A stretch of DNA of 32,000 bases from NCBI RefSeq assembly GCF_001481685.1, contig NZ_CP006867.1, positions 1,020,001 through 1,052,000 of the forward strand. The letters run 5' to 3'. Below the pieces are notes generated by a model. That model was not told the DNA's origin. It made no database searches and saw only the letters and a list, made by a program, of their open reading frames with translations. The DNA is from Ignicoccus islandicus DSM 13165. Its GTDB lineage: Archaea > Thermoproteota > Thermoprotei_A > Sulfolobales > Ignicoccaceae. The translations under genes and the position numbers were made by a program. This document shows, piece after piece, positions 8,991 through 17,581 of this stretch (its first letter is position 1; each line of letters begins with the position of its first letter).

Positions 8991-9436
8991 TACTGCTGGA
9001 CACTAATGCTATAGTATACTACTTACACCGCGTTGAGCCATACGCGTCGAGAGTGAAGCGGATCCTAGCAAGTAGGGAGGACTTAGCTTTAACTCTCAGG
9101 ATAGTTGACGAGGTAATCTTTACCCTTATAAGGCTTGAGGCTTTGAGGAAGCTCGAAATAAGGAGACTGGACCAGCTACGGGATTACATTAGGAAGCATG
9201 GCCTAGAAGAGTTCGATGACGCTATAAACGATGCTGATGAGATGATAAATAGCCTCGGAATTCTGGTCCTAGAAGACAAAGGTAGTCTTAGAGAACTCCT
9301 GGAGGTAATGAGGAAATATAGCCTACTCCCAGGAGATGCCTTGATTGCAGTAACCGCTAAGCATTATGGTATAGATACTATTCTAACGTTCGACGAAGAC
9401 TTCAAGCGAGTTCCGTGGCTCAAGGTAATCCCTTAG
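8987..9436 (+). CDS. vapC: PIN-domain ribonuclease toxin (VapC family)
   Basis: MILLDTNAIVYYLH...LLPGDALIAVTAKHYGIDTILTFDEDFKRVPWLKVIP. The last 23 aa are identical to the cassette C toxin. Confidence 0.9.
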   Translation: MILLDTNAIVYYLHRVEPYASRVKRILASREDLALTLRIVDEVIFTLIRLEALRKLEIRRLDQLRDYIRKHGLEEFDDAINDADEMINSLGILVLEDKGSLRELLEVMRKYSLLPGDALIAVTAKHYGIDTILTFDEDFKRVPWLKVIP

Positions 9437-9556
9437 CATACTAGGATTACCAACTACGATATCCTTGGTGAAGGAGGAGCAATCATAGTTTTAGCATACT
9501 GAATTGTAACTTCACTCTTTGCAAGGAGAAATTTTATAATAGTGATGGTATATAGG

Positions 9557-9633
9557 TGGCGAGCCCATCGAAATTTGAACCCGGGACCACGGGCTCCGAA
9601 GGCCCGCGCTCCTCCTGGCTGAGCTACGGGGCC
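9557..9633 (-). tRNA. tRNA-Arg(TCG)-like gene with degenerate T-stem 3' strand (possible pseudo-tRNA)
   Basis: Reverse strand: GGCCCCG TA GCTC AGCCAGGAG GAGC G CGGGC CTTCGGA GCCCG TGGTC CCGGG TTCAAAT TTCGA TGGGCTC G CCA. Perfect anticodon stem with loop CT-TCG-GA. T stem and acceptor stem each contain a mismatch plus G-U pairs. Confidence 0.65.
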
Positions 9634-9760
9634 AGTTTCTACAGAGACGAGTTGGAAATTTAAAGTGAACTTCGAGTTGGCTTCGATTCGGAACCAATTT
9701 TATCCATTCGTTTTCGCGCGCTTGAATGAACTTTTTTATTCATTTTTGAAGGAAAGAGTT

Positions 9761-10431
9761 TTTCTATCATGGATCTCTACTAAACACATAGCCACCCAGT
9801 ACGGCGAAGTTTTGGAGGGCTTTCTATTCCCTATTGGGATTCTACTGGTCTATCTAGTTGAGAAGGATTTCATAAACGATATTCAGACTTTCTATTCCCT
9901 ATTGGGACTCTACTCATCACGTCAAATGGTTTCGGAAAGCGTAGTGCTACTTTCTATTCCCTATTGGGACTCTACATTACAACAACTAGCGGGGGTCTTC
10001 AGTTCTGGATGTCTTTCTATTCCCTATTGGGACTCTACCGAACTTGACGTGGTCTCGAAGGCCGTAGAAGAAGTGACTTTCTATTCCCTATTGGGACTCT
10101 ACGGATCGAAGCGAAGGTCGTCGGTCATCCGAGCTTTGCGATCTTTCTATTCCCTATTGGGACTCTACAGAATCTAGTGTTGATCGAAGTGAAGAGATCG
10201 GGAAGGGGACTTTCTATTCCCTATTGGGACTCTACATTGACAGGTACGTTAGGTGCGGGAGGTATCGATGTTTGAATCTTTCTATTCCCTATTGGGACTC
10301 TACCCTGAGGCGCCCCCTCCCGTCAGGGAGGGGGATATAAAAACTTTCTATTCCCTATTGGGACTCTACATAAAAGCACTAGAAGAAGCGAGTGAGTTAG
10401 AGCTACTTTCTATTCCCTATTGGGACTCTAC
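9761..10431 (-). CRISPR. CRISPR array: 10 repeats of 26 nt plus one degenerate terminal repeat; 9 spacers of 36-42 nt between full repeats
   Basis: Plus-strand repeat CTTTCTATTCCCTATTGGGACTCTAC starts at 9820 (1 mismatch), 9888, 9950, 10013, 10077, 10143, 10210, 10278, 10344, 10406. Degenerate TTTCTATCATGGATCTCTAC at 9761-9780. The minus-strand form GTAGAGTCCCAATAGGGAATAGAAAG ends in GAAAG, as in many crenarchaeal repeats, so transcription is probably minus. Confidence 0.97.
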
Positions 10432-10700
10432 CGTTGCCCTCCTATTTAAACAATCAATTCCCCATCTTTTAACCCTTTCCCCTCATTTGCCTTTCCTCAA
10501 CCACACCTTTCCTCTCAGAACTTAAACTCAAGTAGTTGTCCAATATATGTATACATATGCTTGTATAAGGTAGGCTGGAGTAGAAATCCTCATGATCATC
10601 GGAGTTCTCATGATCGCTTATTAACCCCTCAATGCAACTTCTCATTGTAAAGATCGATCTTGAAAGGACCTCGTACTGATGGTCCGAACTCCAGAGTTGT
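10432..10700 (-). promoter_or_regulatory. Probable CRISPR leader region
   Basis: AT-rich non-coding DNA beside the intact-repeat end and opposite the degenerate terminal repeat, with TATA-like catatgtatacatatattgg (reverse strand, ~10541-10560). Right boundary is a guess. Confidence 0.55.
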
Positions 10701-10968
10701 AAATTGCATTTGTTTTTACAAATACAATGTTGAATGATTAGGTTTAAATAGAATTAACAATTAGGAAGGCTGGTAGAAACTGAAGGTGCTTAAGGAGACC
10801 ATTAATTTTGAATTCGAATGGTTAAGGTTGAAGAAATGAGTGAATTAATTGTTAGTAAATGGAAAATAGAATTTGGACAAGAGGTGGAGATGGGTATTCA
10901 CCATTGGATGGTGAATAGCTAAAGTTAATTATTACGCAATTGCGCCCTTGCACCAAGGTAGCTAGGGA

Positions 10969-11529
10969 ATGGTGAAACCCTTCGAAGTAGAAGCTAGGTT
11001 TCTAGTAGATGAGAGGTTCCTTGAGAAACTTCTCTCTATGGGATTCAAGGTAATAAGGGAATACGCATTTACTGACTACTTCTACGAGCCACCGAGCGGT
11101 TGGAAGGGTAACAAAGCATTGAGAATAAGGGATTGGGGAAACAGTTGCGAAGTGCTTTTCGATTCAATCGACGTGATTGAGACGAACGGCATAAAGGTAA
11201 AGAGGAGCAAATTCAAGGAAGGTAAAGTGAAACTATACGAAGGTTCGAGAAAAGAATGTGAGAAGCTGCTAGAGGAGATGGAATTCCAACGTAAATTTGT
11301 TATTGAAAAAGAGAGGGGTTACTTGCTTAATAACGGAAGGTATACCGTTGCATTGGAAAGAATTCTCGGCAAATGGGTTTTAGAGGTAGAAGTGAATGGA
11401 GAGGATTTGGAAAAGGCCGTATCCGAAATGAAGAGAATAATGAGGGAACTGGGTTTGGAAAGGCCCGTAGCCACTACTACGCGGGAGCTGGTGAAGATAT
11501 TGGAAAGCGAAGGACGACCTCTACGGTAA
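10969..11529 (+). CDS. CYTH-domain protein (class IV adenylate cyclase CyaB / thiamine-triphosphatase-like)
   Basis: FEVEARFLVD, TDYFYEPP, KALRIRDWG, VIEKERGYLL...VALERILGKWVLEVEV tunnel-fold motifs. Confidence 0.82.
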   Translation: MVKPFEVEARFLVDERFLEKLLSMGFKVIREYAFTDYFYEPPSGWKGNKALRIRDWGNSCEVLFDSIDVIETNGIKVKRSKFKEGKVKLYEGSRKECEKLLEEMEFQRKFVIEKERGYLLNNGRYTVALERILGKWVLEVEVNGEDLEKAVSEMKRIMRELGLERPVATTTRELVKILESEGRPLR

Positions 11530-11890
11530 CCGCTTCCTAAATTTAACCGTTACTTAAGCCCAAAAGGCGCTTGAATCCCTCAACCAGCTCTCCGACGCTC
11601 GCCCTATCTTTGGGATTTAGCTCGTGCCCCTTCTTTAAAATACGGACGAGGAATCTCATGACATATGAACTAGACTGTGGGAAATCATCCTATTTTAGGA
11701 GCATATTGGTTTACGATTTTGAACAATAGTTAGGATAAAAGGCACTCACCTCGTAACAACACGTTACGAAGAGCGTTCCGGAGGTTTCGCTTCTCTTCGC
11801 CCCTTCACTGGTTAGGCCTCATGGGGAATCTGAGTTGCTTTAACTTCTTGGACTGGGGAAACCATTGAAAATGTGTAAAGTTTTATTAAC

Positions 11891-11910
11891 ATGTAAAGCA
11901 AACTTTACAT
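11891..11910. promoter_or_regulatory. Candidate operator: perfect inverted repeat ATGTAAAG-CAAA-CTTTACAT, with an extra TGTAAAG half-site at 11874-11880
   Basis: Lies between a TATA-like TTTTATTAAC (11881-11890) and the start of the DUF2178/HTH operon. Confidence 0.6.
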
Positions 11911-11920
11911 CGGTGGGAGG

Positions 11921-12238
11921 GTGAGGTTGAAAGTAATCCCTCTCTTAATAGTGCTTGGAATACCTTTAGCCTTGTTCGTAAGGTACTCGTTGCTCGTATA
12001 CGTACCGCTGGTCTTCGCCATAGCTCGAGCCTACGATAGGTCCATGGACGAGAGGGACCTAGAGGTTAGGAAGATGGCCTCCATAGCGACTCTGAAGGCC
12101 ACTATAACGTTACTATCGTTGACCTTCATTGCGTCAACGGTATTCGGACACTTTAAGGAGCTCCTAGCAGTGGCCTTCCTCTCCTCTATACTCGGTTACT
12201 GGGCCTTCGTTAACTACTACTATTCGAAAATGGGGTAA
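11921..12238 (+). CDS. DUF2178-like small membrane protein
   Basis: ~3-4 TM protein with central charged DERDLEVRKMAS loop, directly upstream of an HTH regulator. GTG 11921 or TTG 11927 start. Confidence 0.6.
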   Translation: MRLKVIPLLIVLGIPLALFVRYSLLVYVPLVFAIARAYDRSMDERDLEVRKMASIATLKATITLLSLTFIASTVFGHFKELLAVAFLSSILGYWAFVNYYYSKMG

Positions 12239-12242
12239 AGAG

Positions 12243-12464
12243 ATGGAATGCGTCGAAGTTAAACTGAGGGAGCTCCGAACGGAGAGGGGTATAAGCCAAG
12301 AATCCTTAGCGAAGGCGGTAGGCGTTAGCAGACAAACGATAATAGCTATTGAGAAGGGTAGGTACCTACCTTCCCTAACGCTCGCATTGAAAATAGCCAA
12401 GTTCTTTAACGTAAACGTAGAGAGCGTCTTCAGGCTTAGGGAGGAGTGCTATCCAAAGAGATGA
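12243..12464 (+). CDS. Cro/C1-type HTH transcriptional regulator (YozG/HipB-like)
   Basis: LRELRTERGISQESLAKAVGVSRQTIIAIEKGRYLPSLTLALKIAKFFNVNVESVFR. Confidence 0.93.
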   Translation: MECVEVKLRELRTERGISQESLAKAVGVSRQTIIAIEKGRYLPSLTLALKIAKFFNVNVESVFRLREECYPKR

Positions 12465-12486
12465 GGACTCGGGCACGACCGATTAG

Positions 12487-13419
12487 ATGAGGAGGGTCTT
12501 GAGTGCTGATCCAACCTCCCCATTTTTCACTCGCTTCTCGAACTCAATTTCGGTGGATGCTTTGTTAGTCAGACCTCCGGCAGTAGCTGGTACTTTCTAT
12601 CCCTCGGACGTTGACGAACTAATGAGGTTAATAGAATGGAGCTTCACCCATCCCCTAGGTCCGGGAGAGGTTCCCCAAGTTTCGGAAGTTAGGAGGAAGG
12701 AGAGCGTAGGCTTCATGGTACCTCACGCAGGCTACATATATTCCGGCCCGGTGGCGGCTTGGGCTTACTACTACCTCGCTAAGGAAGGTCCTCCTGAGAC
12801 CGTAATAATAGTTGGTCCCAACCACACGGGTCTAGGAAGCCCTATCTCTATCATGCCCCCCAGCATATGGGAGACTCCCTTAGGACACGTCCACGTCGAC
12901 GCGGAAGCCGTTGAAGAGATAGTAAGGGAAAGCGGAATAGTTGACGTCGATCACACCGCTCACATCTACGAGCACAGCTTAGAGGTTCAACTACCCTTCC
13001 TCCAATACCTCTTCGGAAACAAGTTCAAGATAGTTCCAATAGTTATGGCGCTCCAAAGCCCAGAAGCTGCCAAAGCCTTGGCCAAGGGAATATATAATGC
13101 TATGGAAAAATTGGGGAAGGACTACGTGTTCTTAGCCTCTAGCGACTTGAACCACTACGAACCCCACGAGGTAACTGTAAAGAAAGACATGATGGCAATA
13201 GAGAGAATATTAAAGCTCGATACGGAGGGCCTCTACAAGACGCTCATAGAGAACGACATTAGTATGTGCGGTCCCGGACCAGTTATGACCCTCATGGAGC
13301 TATCGAAGCTATACGGTACTAAGGAAGCAGTCTTGCTGAAACACGCCACCAGTGGGGATACGAGCGGCGATTACTCTCAGGTTGTCGGTTACGCTTCTAT
13401 AAGGTTCCCTCTACCTTAG
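12487..13419 (+). CDS. MEMO1-family protein
   Basis: RPPAVAGTFYP, VPHAGYIYSGPVAAWAY, IVGPNHTG, EHSLEVQLPFLQ, SSDLNHYEPH, GPVMTLMEL. True start probably near 12565 (LLVRPPAVAG). Confidence 0.92.
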   Translation: MRRVLSADPTSPFFTRFSNSISVDALLVRPPAVAGTFYPSDVDELMRLIEWSFTHPLGPGEVPQVSEVRRKESVGFMVPHAGYIYSGPVAAWAYYYLAKEGPPETVIIVGPNHTGLGSPISIMPPSIWETPLGHVHVDAEAVEEIVRESGIVDVDHTAHIYEHSLEVQLPFLQYLFGNKFKIVPIVMALQSPEAAKALAKGIYNAMEKLGKDYVFLASSDLNHYEPHEVTVKKDMMAIERILKLDTEGLYKTLIENDISMCGPGPVMTLMELSKLYGTKEAVLLKHATSGDTSGDYSQVVGYASIRFPLP

Positions 13420-14857
13420 AAACGACCACTTTTTCTAACACGTCCACGGGTAGAGCTCCTTCGGATAGCAACTTTTCGTGGAAGTCATAGAGGTTAAACT
13501 TGGAACCCATGTATTCCTTCACTTTCTCCCTAATCTCCAGTATTCTCATTTTTCCATAGGCGTATGAGAGCTGGTAACCCGGCGTCAAGGTATATCTAAG
13601 CACCTCTGCCTTGGCCGATCCTTCGTCCATCCCGACTACTTCAACGAGCTCCTTCACGGCCTCATCGAAGCCCATTTTACCCGTACTCAAACCTATGTCC
13701 AAGTAAACCCTTACCCATCTCCACAAGGCGTCCTTGAGTACCTCCCACTTGTATCGAGGATGGTCCTCGAAACCGTTCTCATACATTAACCATTCCGAGT
13801 AGTGGGCCCAGCCCTCAATGAAGTCCGTCGCGTTGGCGACTAAGTACCTGTACTTCGTTGGAAGGTGTAAGGAAAGCTGTAAGTGATGGCCCGGATAGGT
13901 CTCGTGTACTGCCGTATTCAGTATCTCGTAGTAGTCCTTCTTGGCGCCTCTGGGAGTTACGAAGAGGTAACCCATATTTAAGAAAGAGAAGGGAGATGGG
14001 GGATTGTAAGCAGCGAAAGGTATAGTTGGAATTAGAGGCTTGGGGGTGTCTTCGACGCTCAATTGCTCGTCTGGAGCTAAGGGCGCCAGCTTCCTTTCGA
14101 TTACGAAACTTCTAGCTAAGGCAACGGCCTCTTGGTAGGCGGCCTTCGGATCCTCTACTTCCCTTCCCTTGGGCATCTCTCCCAATTCCTCCTTTAACTC
14201 AGCGACCTTTCTCCTAGCTAAGCTCTCGAGCACACCAATTCCCATTCCTATGTTCCTAACTCCTAAGAGCTCATTGAAGAGAGTCTCCCCCATCGGTTCG
14301 AAGCCTTCGTCCGCTTCCAAGCTTCCCAGCCACTTCTCGTACTCGCTAACCTTAGCGAGGACGCTTTGGGGTACTGAGAGCTCCAATAACGTTAGCTTCA
14401 GGCCCTCTAGTTCGGCTAAGGCCAGCTTTACCCACAAGTCCCTAGGTTTCTCCAAGAGCTCCTTACTATTTTCGAGAATTTCTGGAATGGCCCTTATTCT
14501 GCTTGCCAAGGCTTCGGATTTGTGCCTCTCCGGTACGTCCTTCCTCAGCAATATTGATAGGAGCAGTTCCGTTACGACGGATGGAGCTATCGGATAGCTC
14601 TTCCAAGGCCTCCAAAAGGCCAGCTCTATTAATTCAACTCTAATAGACCTGATGGCCTCCGAAACGTCTATCTCTAATGAAGGTTCGTCCCACTCCTCCA
14701 GCTCGCCTAGCAGCGATTCAGATGCGTCTACGTACCCTTCCAACCATTCGAGGTTCAGTTTCGGGTAAAGCAGGTCGTATTGACTGAGACCCAAGTAGCT
14801 GGCGTAGTGGGGAAAGTAGTTGAAGTGAGAGATTATAACCTTATCGAGAGGGTTCAA
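13397..14857 (-). CDS. DUF885 family protein (putative metallopeptidase)
   Basis: HETYPGHHLQLS metal-binding-like motif; FIEGWAHYSEWLM; TPGYQLSYAYGKMRI. Confidence 0.88.
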   Translation of the reverse strand: MNPLDKVIISHFNYFPHYASYLGLSQYDLLYPKLNLEWLEGYVDASESLLGELEEWDEPSLEIDVSEAIRSIRVELIELAFWRPWKSYPIAPSVVTELLLSILLRKDVPERHKSEALASRIRAIPEILENSKELLEKPRDLWVKLALAELEGLKLTLLELSVPQSVLAKVSEYEKWLGSLEADEGFEPMGETLFNELLGVRNIGMGIGVLESLARRKVAELKEELGEMPKGREVEDPKAAYQEAVALARSFVIERKLAPLAPDEQLSVEDTPKPLIPTIPFAAYNPPSPFSFLNMGYLFVTPRGAKKDYYEILNTAVHETYPGHHLQLSLHLPTKYRYLVANATDFIEGWAHYSEWLMYENGFEDHPRYKWEVLKDALWRWVRVYLDIGLSTGKMGFDEAVKELVEVVGMDEGSAKAEVLRYTLTPGYQLSYAYGKMRILEIREKVKEYMGSKFNLYDFHEKLLSEGALPVDVLEKVVVSKVEGTL

Positions 14858-14920
14858 CTTTAGCCTTCCTCGTTATTGGGGCCTCATTAGAGGTTAAAGT
14901 CCCTCTTCCTCATCGGTTCG

Positions 14921-15325
14921 CTAAAAATTCATGCGTATTAAGTTCCACTCTTCACCGGCCTCTAATAGCCATCCGGCGAGCATTCGAGCCATAAGGTCCC
15001 TAGCTTCCTCTTCGTCTCTAACATGGTAGCCGCTGTTCTTTAACGCTCTGTATGCCATCTTGGAGTTGATCCTAGACTTCATCTTCTCAGTTAACATTTT
15101 CCATACAGCTAATAGGTTAGCCTTGTCTTTATTGTTCTGAACTACTGCGGAGAGCAGCTTGAAGTCGGCCCCGGAAAGGAAGGCCTTATCGTACCACTCG
15201 GTATCCCTAACTAGTTCTAGGTAATACCTTAGTGGCTCGTAGTCGCGGACGAGCTTCTTCGTCGCAAATATAGGTTTCCAGCTCAACTCGGTTTTTGCCT
15301 CGCACAGATTAGATACCCCAAACAC
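14921..15325 (-). CDS. Hypothetical protein (134 aa)
   Basis: ORF between co-directional genes with coding-like composition; no family recognised. Confidence 0.55.
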   Translation of the reverse strand: MFGVSNLCEAKTELSWKPIFATKKLVRDYEPLRYYLELVRDTEWYDKAFLSGADFKLLSAVVQNNKDKANLLAVWKMLTEKMKSRINSKMAYRALKNSGYHVRDEEEARDLMARMLAGWLLEAGEEWNLIRMNF

Positions 15326-15357
15326 TTATATTAGTACTACGTTTGGGAACAGTAATT

Positions 15358-15759
15358 TTACTCACCTAATAGGTTCTCGATAATCGGTGTTATCGCCTTT
15401 ATGACGTCTATAGCCATCACTACTGCGTAAGGTTCCTCGTCTTCGTTCAGTACAACTAGGTAAGGCGTTTCGAACTTCTTCATTAACCTCAAGGCGTCCA
15501 CTACATCAGCATCGTACATAACGAAAGTCGGCTCCGTGTCTACGTATTGCTCTATGCTAGCCTCTACGTCGCCTTGAGCTACTGCTTCGGATAGTTGAAC
15601 GTAACTGAAAACGCCCATGAACTCGTCGTCGGTCGTTTTAACTAATAGCGCTATGTTGTTTCCCTCGCTTATCTTTCGCGCCGCTTCCTTAATGCTAGTT
15701 GAAGGCAGAACCCAGACCCCGCTCCTGGCTATTTCCTTTACCATCAAGGGATCTCTCAC
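15358..15759 (-). CDS. CBS-domain protein
   Basis: Two CBS-like units: VLPSTSIKEAARKISEGNNIALLVKTTDDEFMGVFSY... and FVMYDADVVDALRLMKKFETPYLVVLNEDEEPYAVV. Confidence 0.85.
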   Translation of the reverse strand: MRDPLMVKEIARSGVWVLPSTSIKEAARKISEGNNIALLVKTTDDEFMGVFSYVQLSEAVAQGDVEASIEQYVDTEPTFVMYDADVVDALRLMKKFETPYLVVLNEDEEPYAVVMAIDVIKAITPIIENLLGE

Positions 15760-15830
15760 GCGAGTATAAGTTAAGTAACGGAGTTTAATAATACCTAGGC
15801 CAATAGCTAGCGTTCAAAGGAACTAGAGGG

Positions 15831-16016
15831 ATGGACCTCGGGAAGAGGGACCCTCAAGGGTATTACGTAATAGTCGCTAAGGCAGAGGCCAAGGAATTAG
15901 TTGGAGAGGGTTTAATCGAAGAGGTGGGCGATTGCGTTGTAATTAGAATTAAGTCCAAATCGAGGGCGCAGAAGTTGCTTAGGAAGCTTCAATCGAGAGG
16001 CTTACTTTGCACCTAG
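15831..16016 (+). CDS. Small conserved hypothetical protein (61 aa)
   Basis: Short ORF with coding-like composition between two minus-strand genes. Confidence 0.4.
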   Translation: MDLGKRDPQGYYVIVAKAEAKELVGEGLIEEVGDCVVIRIKSKSRAQKLLRKLQSRGLLCT

Positions 16017-17477
16017 TTCAGCCAACTTCTTCAATACCTTCGTTGAGCTCACCGAGCCGTAGTAACCGAAGTCCCCCTTTACGACCGCTACGAGGGGATA
16101 CTCCTCTATCTCTTCTTCTACGGCGATTACCTTCCCTATGCTGTCATTGCAATCGAACACTGGTACGCCTTCGTGATACACTTCGTACACTCGAAGTTTC
16201 TTCAGCTCGCTTTCGCTCAAACCTATTACGTCCTTGAGCTCCACGTATCCTATTGGCCAATTGCTGGCGTCTATTACTACTACCGCTTCCCTTCCGTCCT
16301 TAAGTATCTCGAATGCCTCCCAGAGAGTTTGGCTCAAGTCCACTGCAACTCTTTCCAACTCCAAGTCGCAGAACTTAGGTAATGATTGAGGCTTCCTCTT
16401 CTTCTTTATTGCCAACGATCCTATTGATAAGGTGTTCAAGAGAACCGTTGCGATAGATGCCGAATACAGCTCTTGCGAGAGCTTGCCTATTTTGAATTGG
16501 CTCGCTAGTAGAGCGGTGTCGATGCCCCCTTTAACTGTAGTTAGAAGGGAGGTCCTCCAATTCCATCCAGTAATTAACCTTACAATTACGGCTTTGATTA
16601 AGACTACCGAGAAGTTAGCCACAATGAGAATTGGGGCAACTCTCGAAAGTATAGCGAACGGGTTAACTAGGACGGACGAACCCACGAAGAACAGCGGTTC
16701 GAAGAACGAGTGATTTACAGCTTTTAACTTGCTCTTCAACCAAGGCCTTTCTATTAAGTACTCGCTTGCGACCAAGCCCATCATTAGGGAAACGACTGCG
16801 CTGTTCAGTCCAATGCTTTCCGAAGCATACCCAACTAATAGTATCAACGCTATCATGAAACTCAAAGGGAACTCCTTAGCTAAGAACTTCTCCTCGTATT
16901 CAAAGAATCTCTTAAAGAACTTCTCACCGTAAATTACGGACGCGACCGCTAGGAAAACCGTTAAAGCCAATACCTTTACGTCGAAAACTATGAAGAGATA
17001 TAGCGAGAGGATTGCAATTACCTCCGCTATTTCATCTATTATTAGGAAATCTTCGAAGCCCTCTAGTTCCACGTGCTTCAGCAAGCTACTAATTCTTATC
17101 GTGCTAGGCATTGCGAATATTACTGAAAGCAAGAGGGCGTCCTTGAAATCTATTGCGGAAGCTAGGAGGGCGAGCGAAGCTAGGAACGGGGCAAAGAACA
17201 AAACTAGACCTCTAAGCAAGTAGCCCCTATTTACGTTCCTCAGAGACAAACCGAGGTCTTCAGTGCCCATCAAGAACGCCGTGAAGTTAAGGCCTACCGT
17301 AAAGAGCAAGGGGGCGAACTTATACTCTTCCCTGAACGCAGGGAAGAACGACATTAGGATGCCTAGGACGAGGGGACCTAACAGATGAGGCAACCCTATC
17401 TTTAAGGCTAGTTCCTCCGCGAGCTTAGCCAAAAGTAGAGTCAACCCTATGAGCGACGTCACTAAACTGACGTCCAT
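16002..17477 (-). CDS. Kef-type cation:proton antiporter (CPA2-like) with C-terminal cytoplasmic extension
   Basis: ~12 TM: LPHLLGPLVLGILMSFF, LFTVGLNFTAFLMG..., SVIFAMPSTIRISSLLKHVELEGFEDFLIIDEIAEVIAIL (KefB/C-like), then a soluble C-terminus. Confidence 0.82.
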   Translation of the reverse strand: MDVSLVTSLIGLTLLLAKLAEELALKIGLPHLLGPLVLGILMSFFPAFREEYKFAPLLFTVGLNFTAFLMGTEDLGLSLRNVNRGYLLRGLVLFFAPFLASLALLASAIDFKDALLLSVIFAMPSTIRISSLLKHVELEGFEDFLIIDEIAEVIAILSLYLFIVFDVKVLALTVFLAVASVIYGEKFFKRFFEYEEKFLAKEFPLSFMIALILLVGYASESIGLNSAVVSLMMGLVASEYLIERPWLKSKLKAVNHSFFEPLFFVGSSVLVNPFAILSRVAPILIVANFSVVLIKAVIVRLITGWNWRTSLLTTVKGGIDTALLASQFKIGKLSQELYSASIATVLLNTLSIGSLAIKKKRKPQSLPKFCDLELERVAVDLSQTLWEAFEILKDGREAVVVIDASNWPIGYVELKDVIGLSESELKKLRVYEVYHEGVPVFDCNDSIGKVIAVEEEIEEYPLVAVVKGDFGYYGSVSSTKVLKKLAELGAK

Positions 17478-17581
17478 TTCCCTTCTCTGTCCTCTTTTTG
17501 GAAGGGCCTCAACGCGGATTTTAAGTGTGAACGCGTAACCAAATATAGGTTTAATTAGAGAAGTACCGAGGACTTGAGATC

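Larger units (their letters stand above)
8580..9436 (+). repeat. Tandem toxin-antitoxin cassette D
   Basis: tRNA-like fragment 8588-8630, CTATAAAC at ~8630, hairpin GGTTTC-CCGAA-GAAACC, conserved CTGGAAAC boxes, antitoxin, PIN toxin. Confidence 0.78.

Noticed and set aside
9512-9697. Minus-strand ORF (61 aa) over the tRNA-Arg region
   Set aside because: Overlaps the tRNA-Arg-like gene; not a plausible protein gene.
9665-10525. ORFs 9665..10177 and 10253..10525 with repeated peptides FYSLLGLY and SIPYWDST
   Set aside because: These are read-through translations of the CRISPR repeats and spacers, not protein-coding genes.
9761-10700. A CreTA-type RNA addiction module guarding the CRISPR locus
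   Set aside because: No crRNA-like antitoxin with repeat remnants plus mini-ORF toxin could be identified, and no cas operon is present. The protein TA pairs explain the region.
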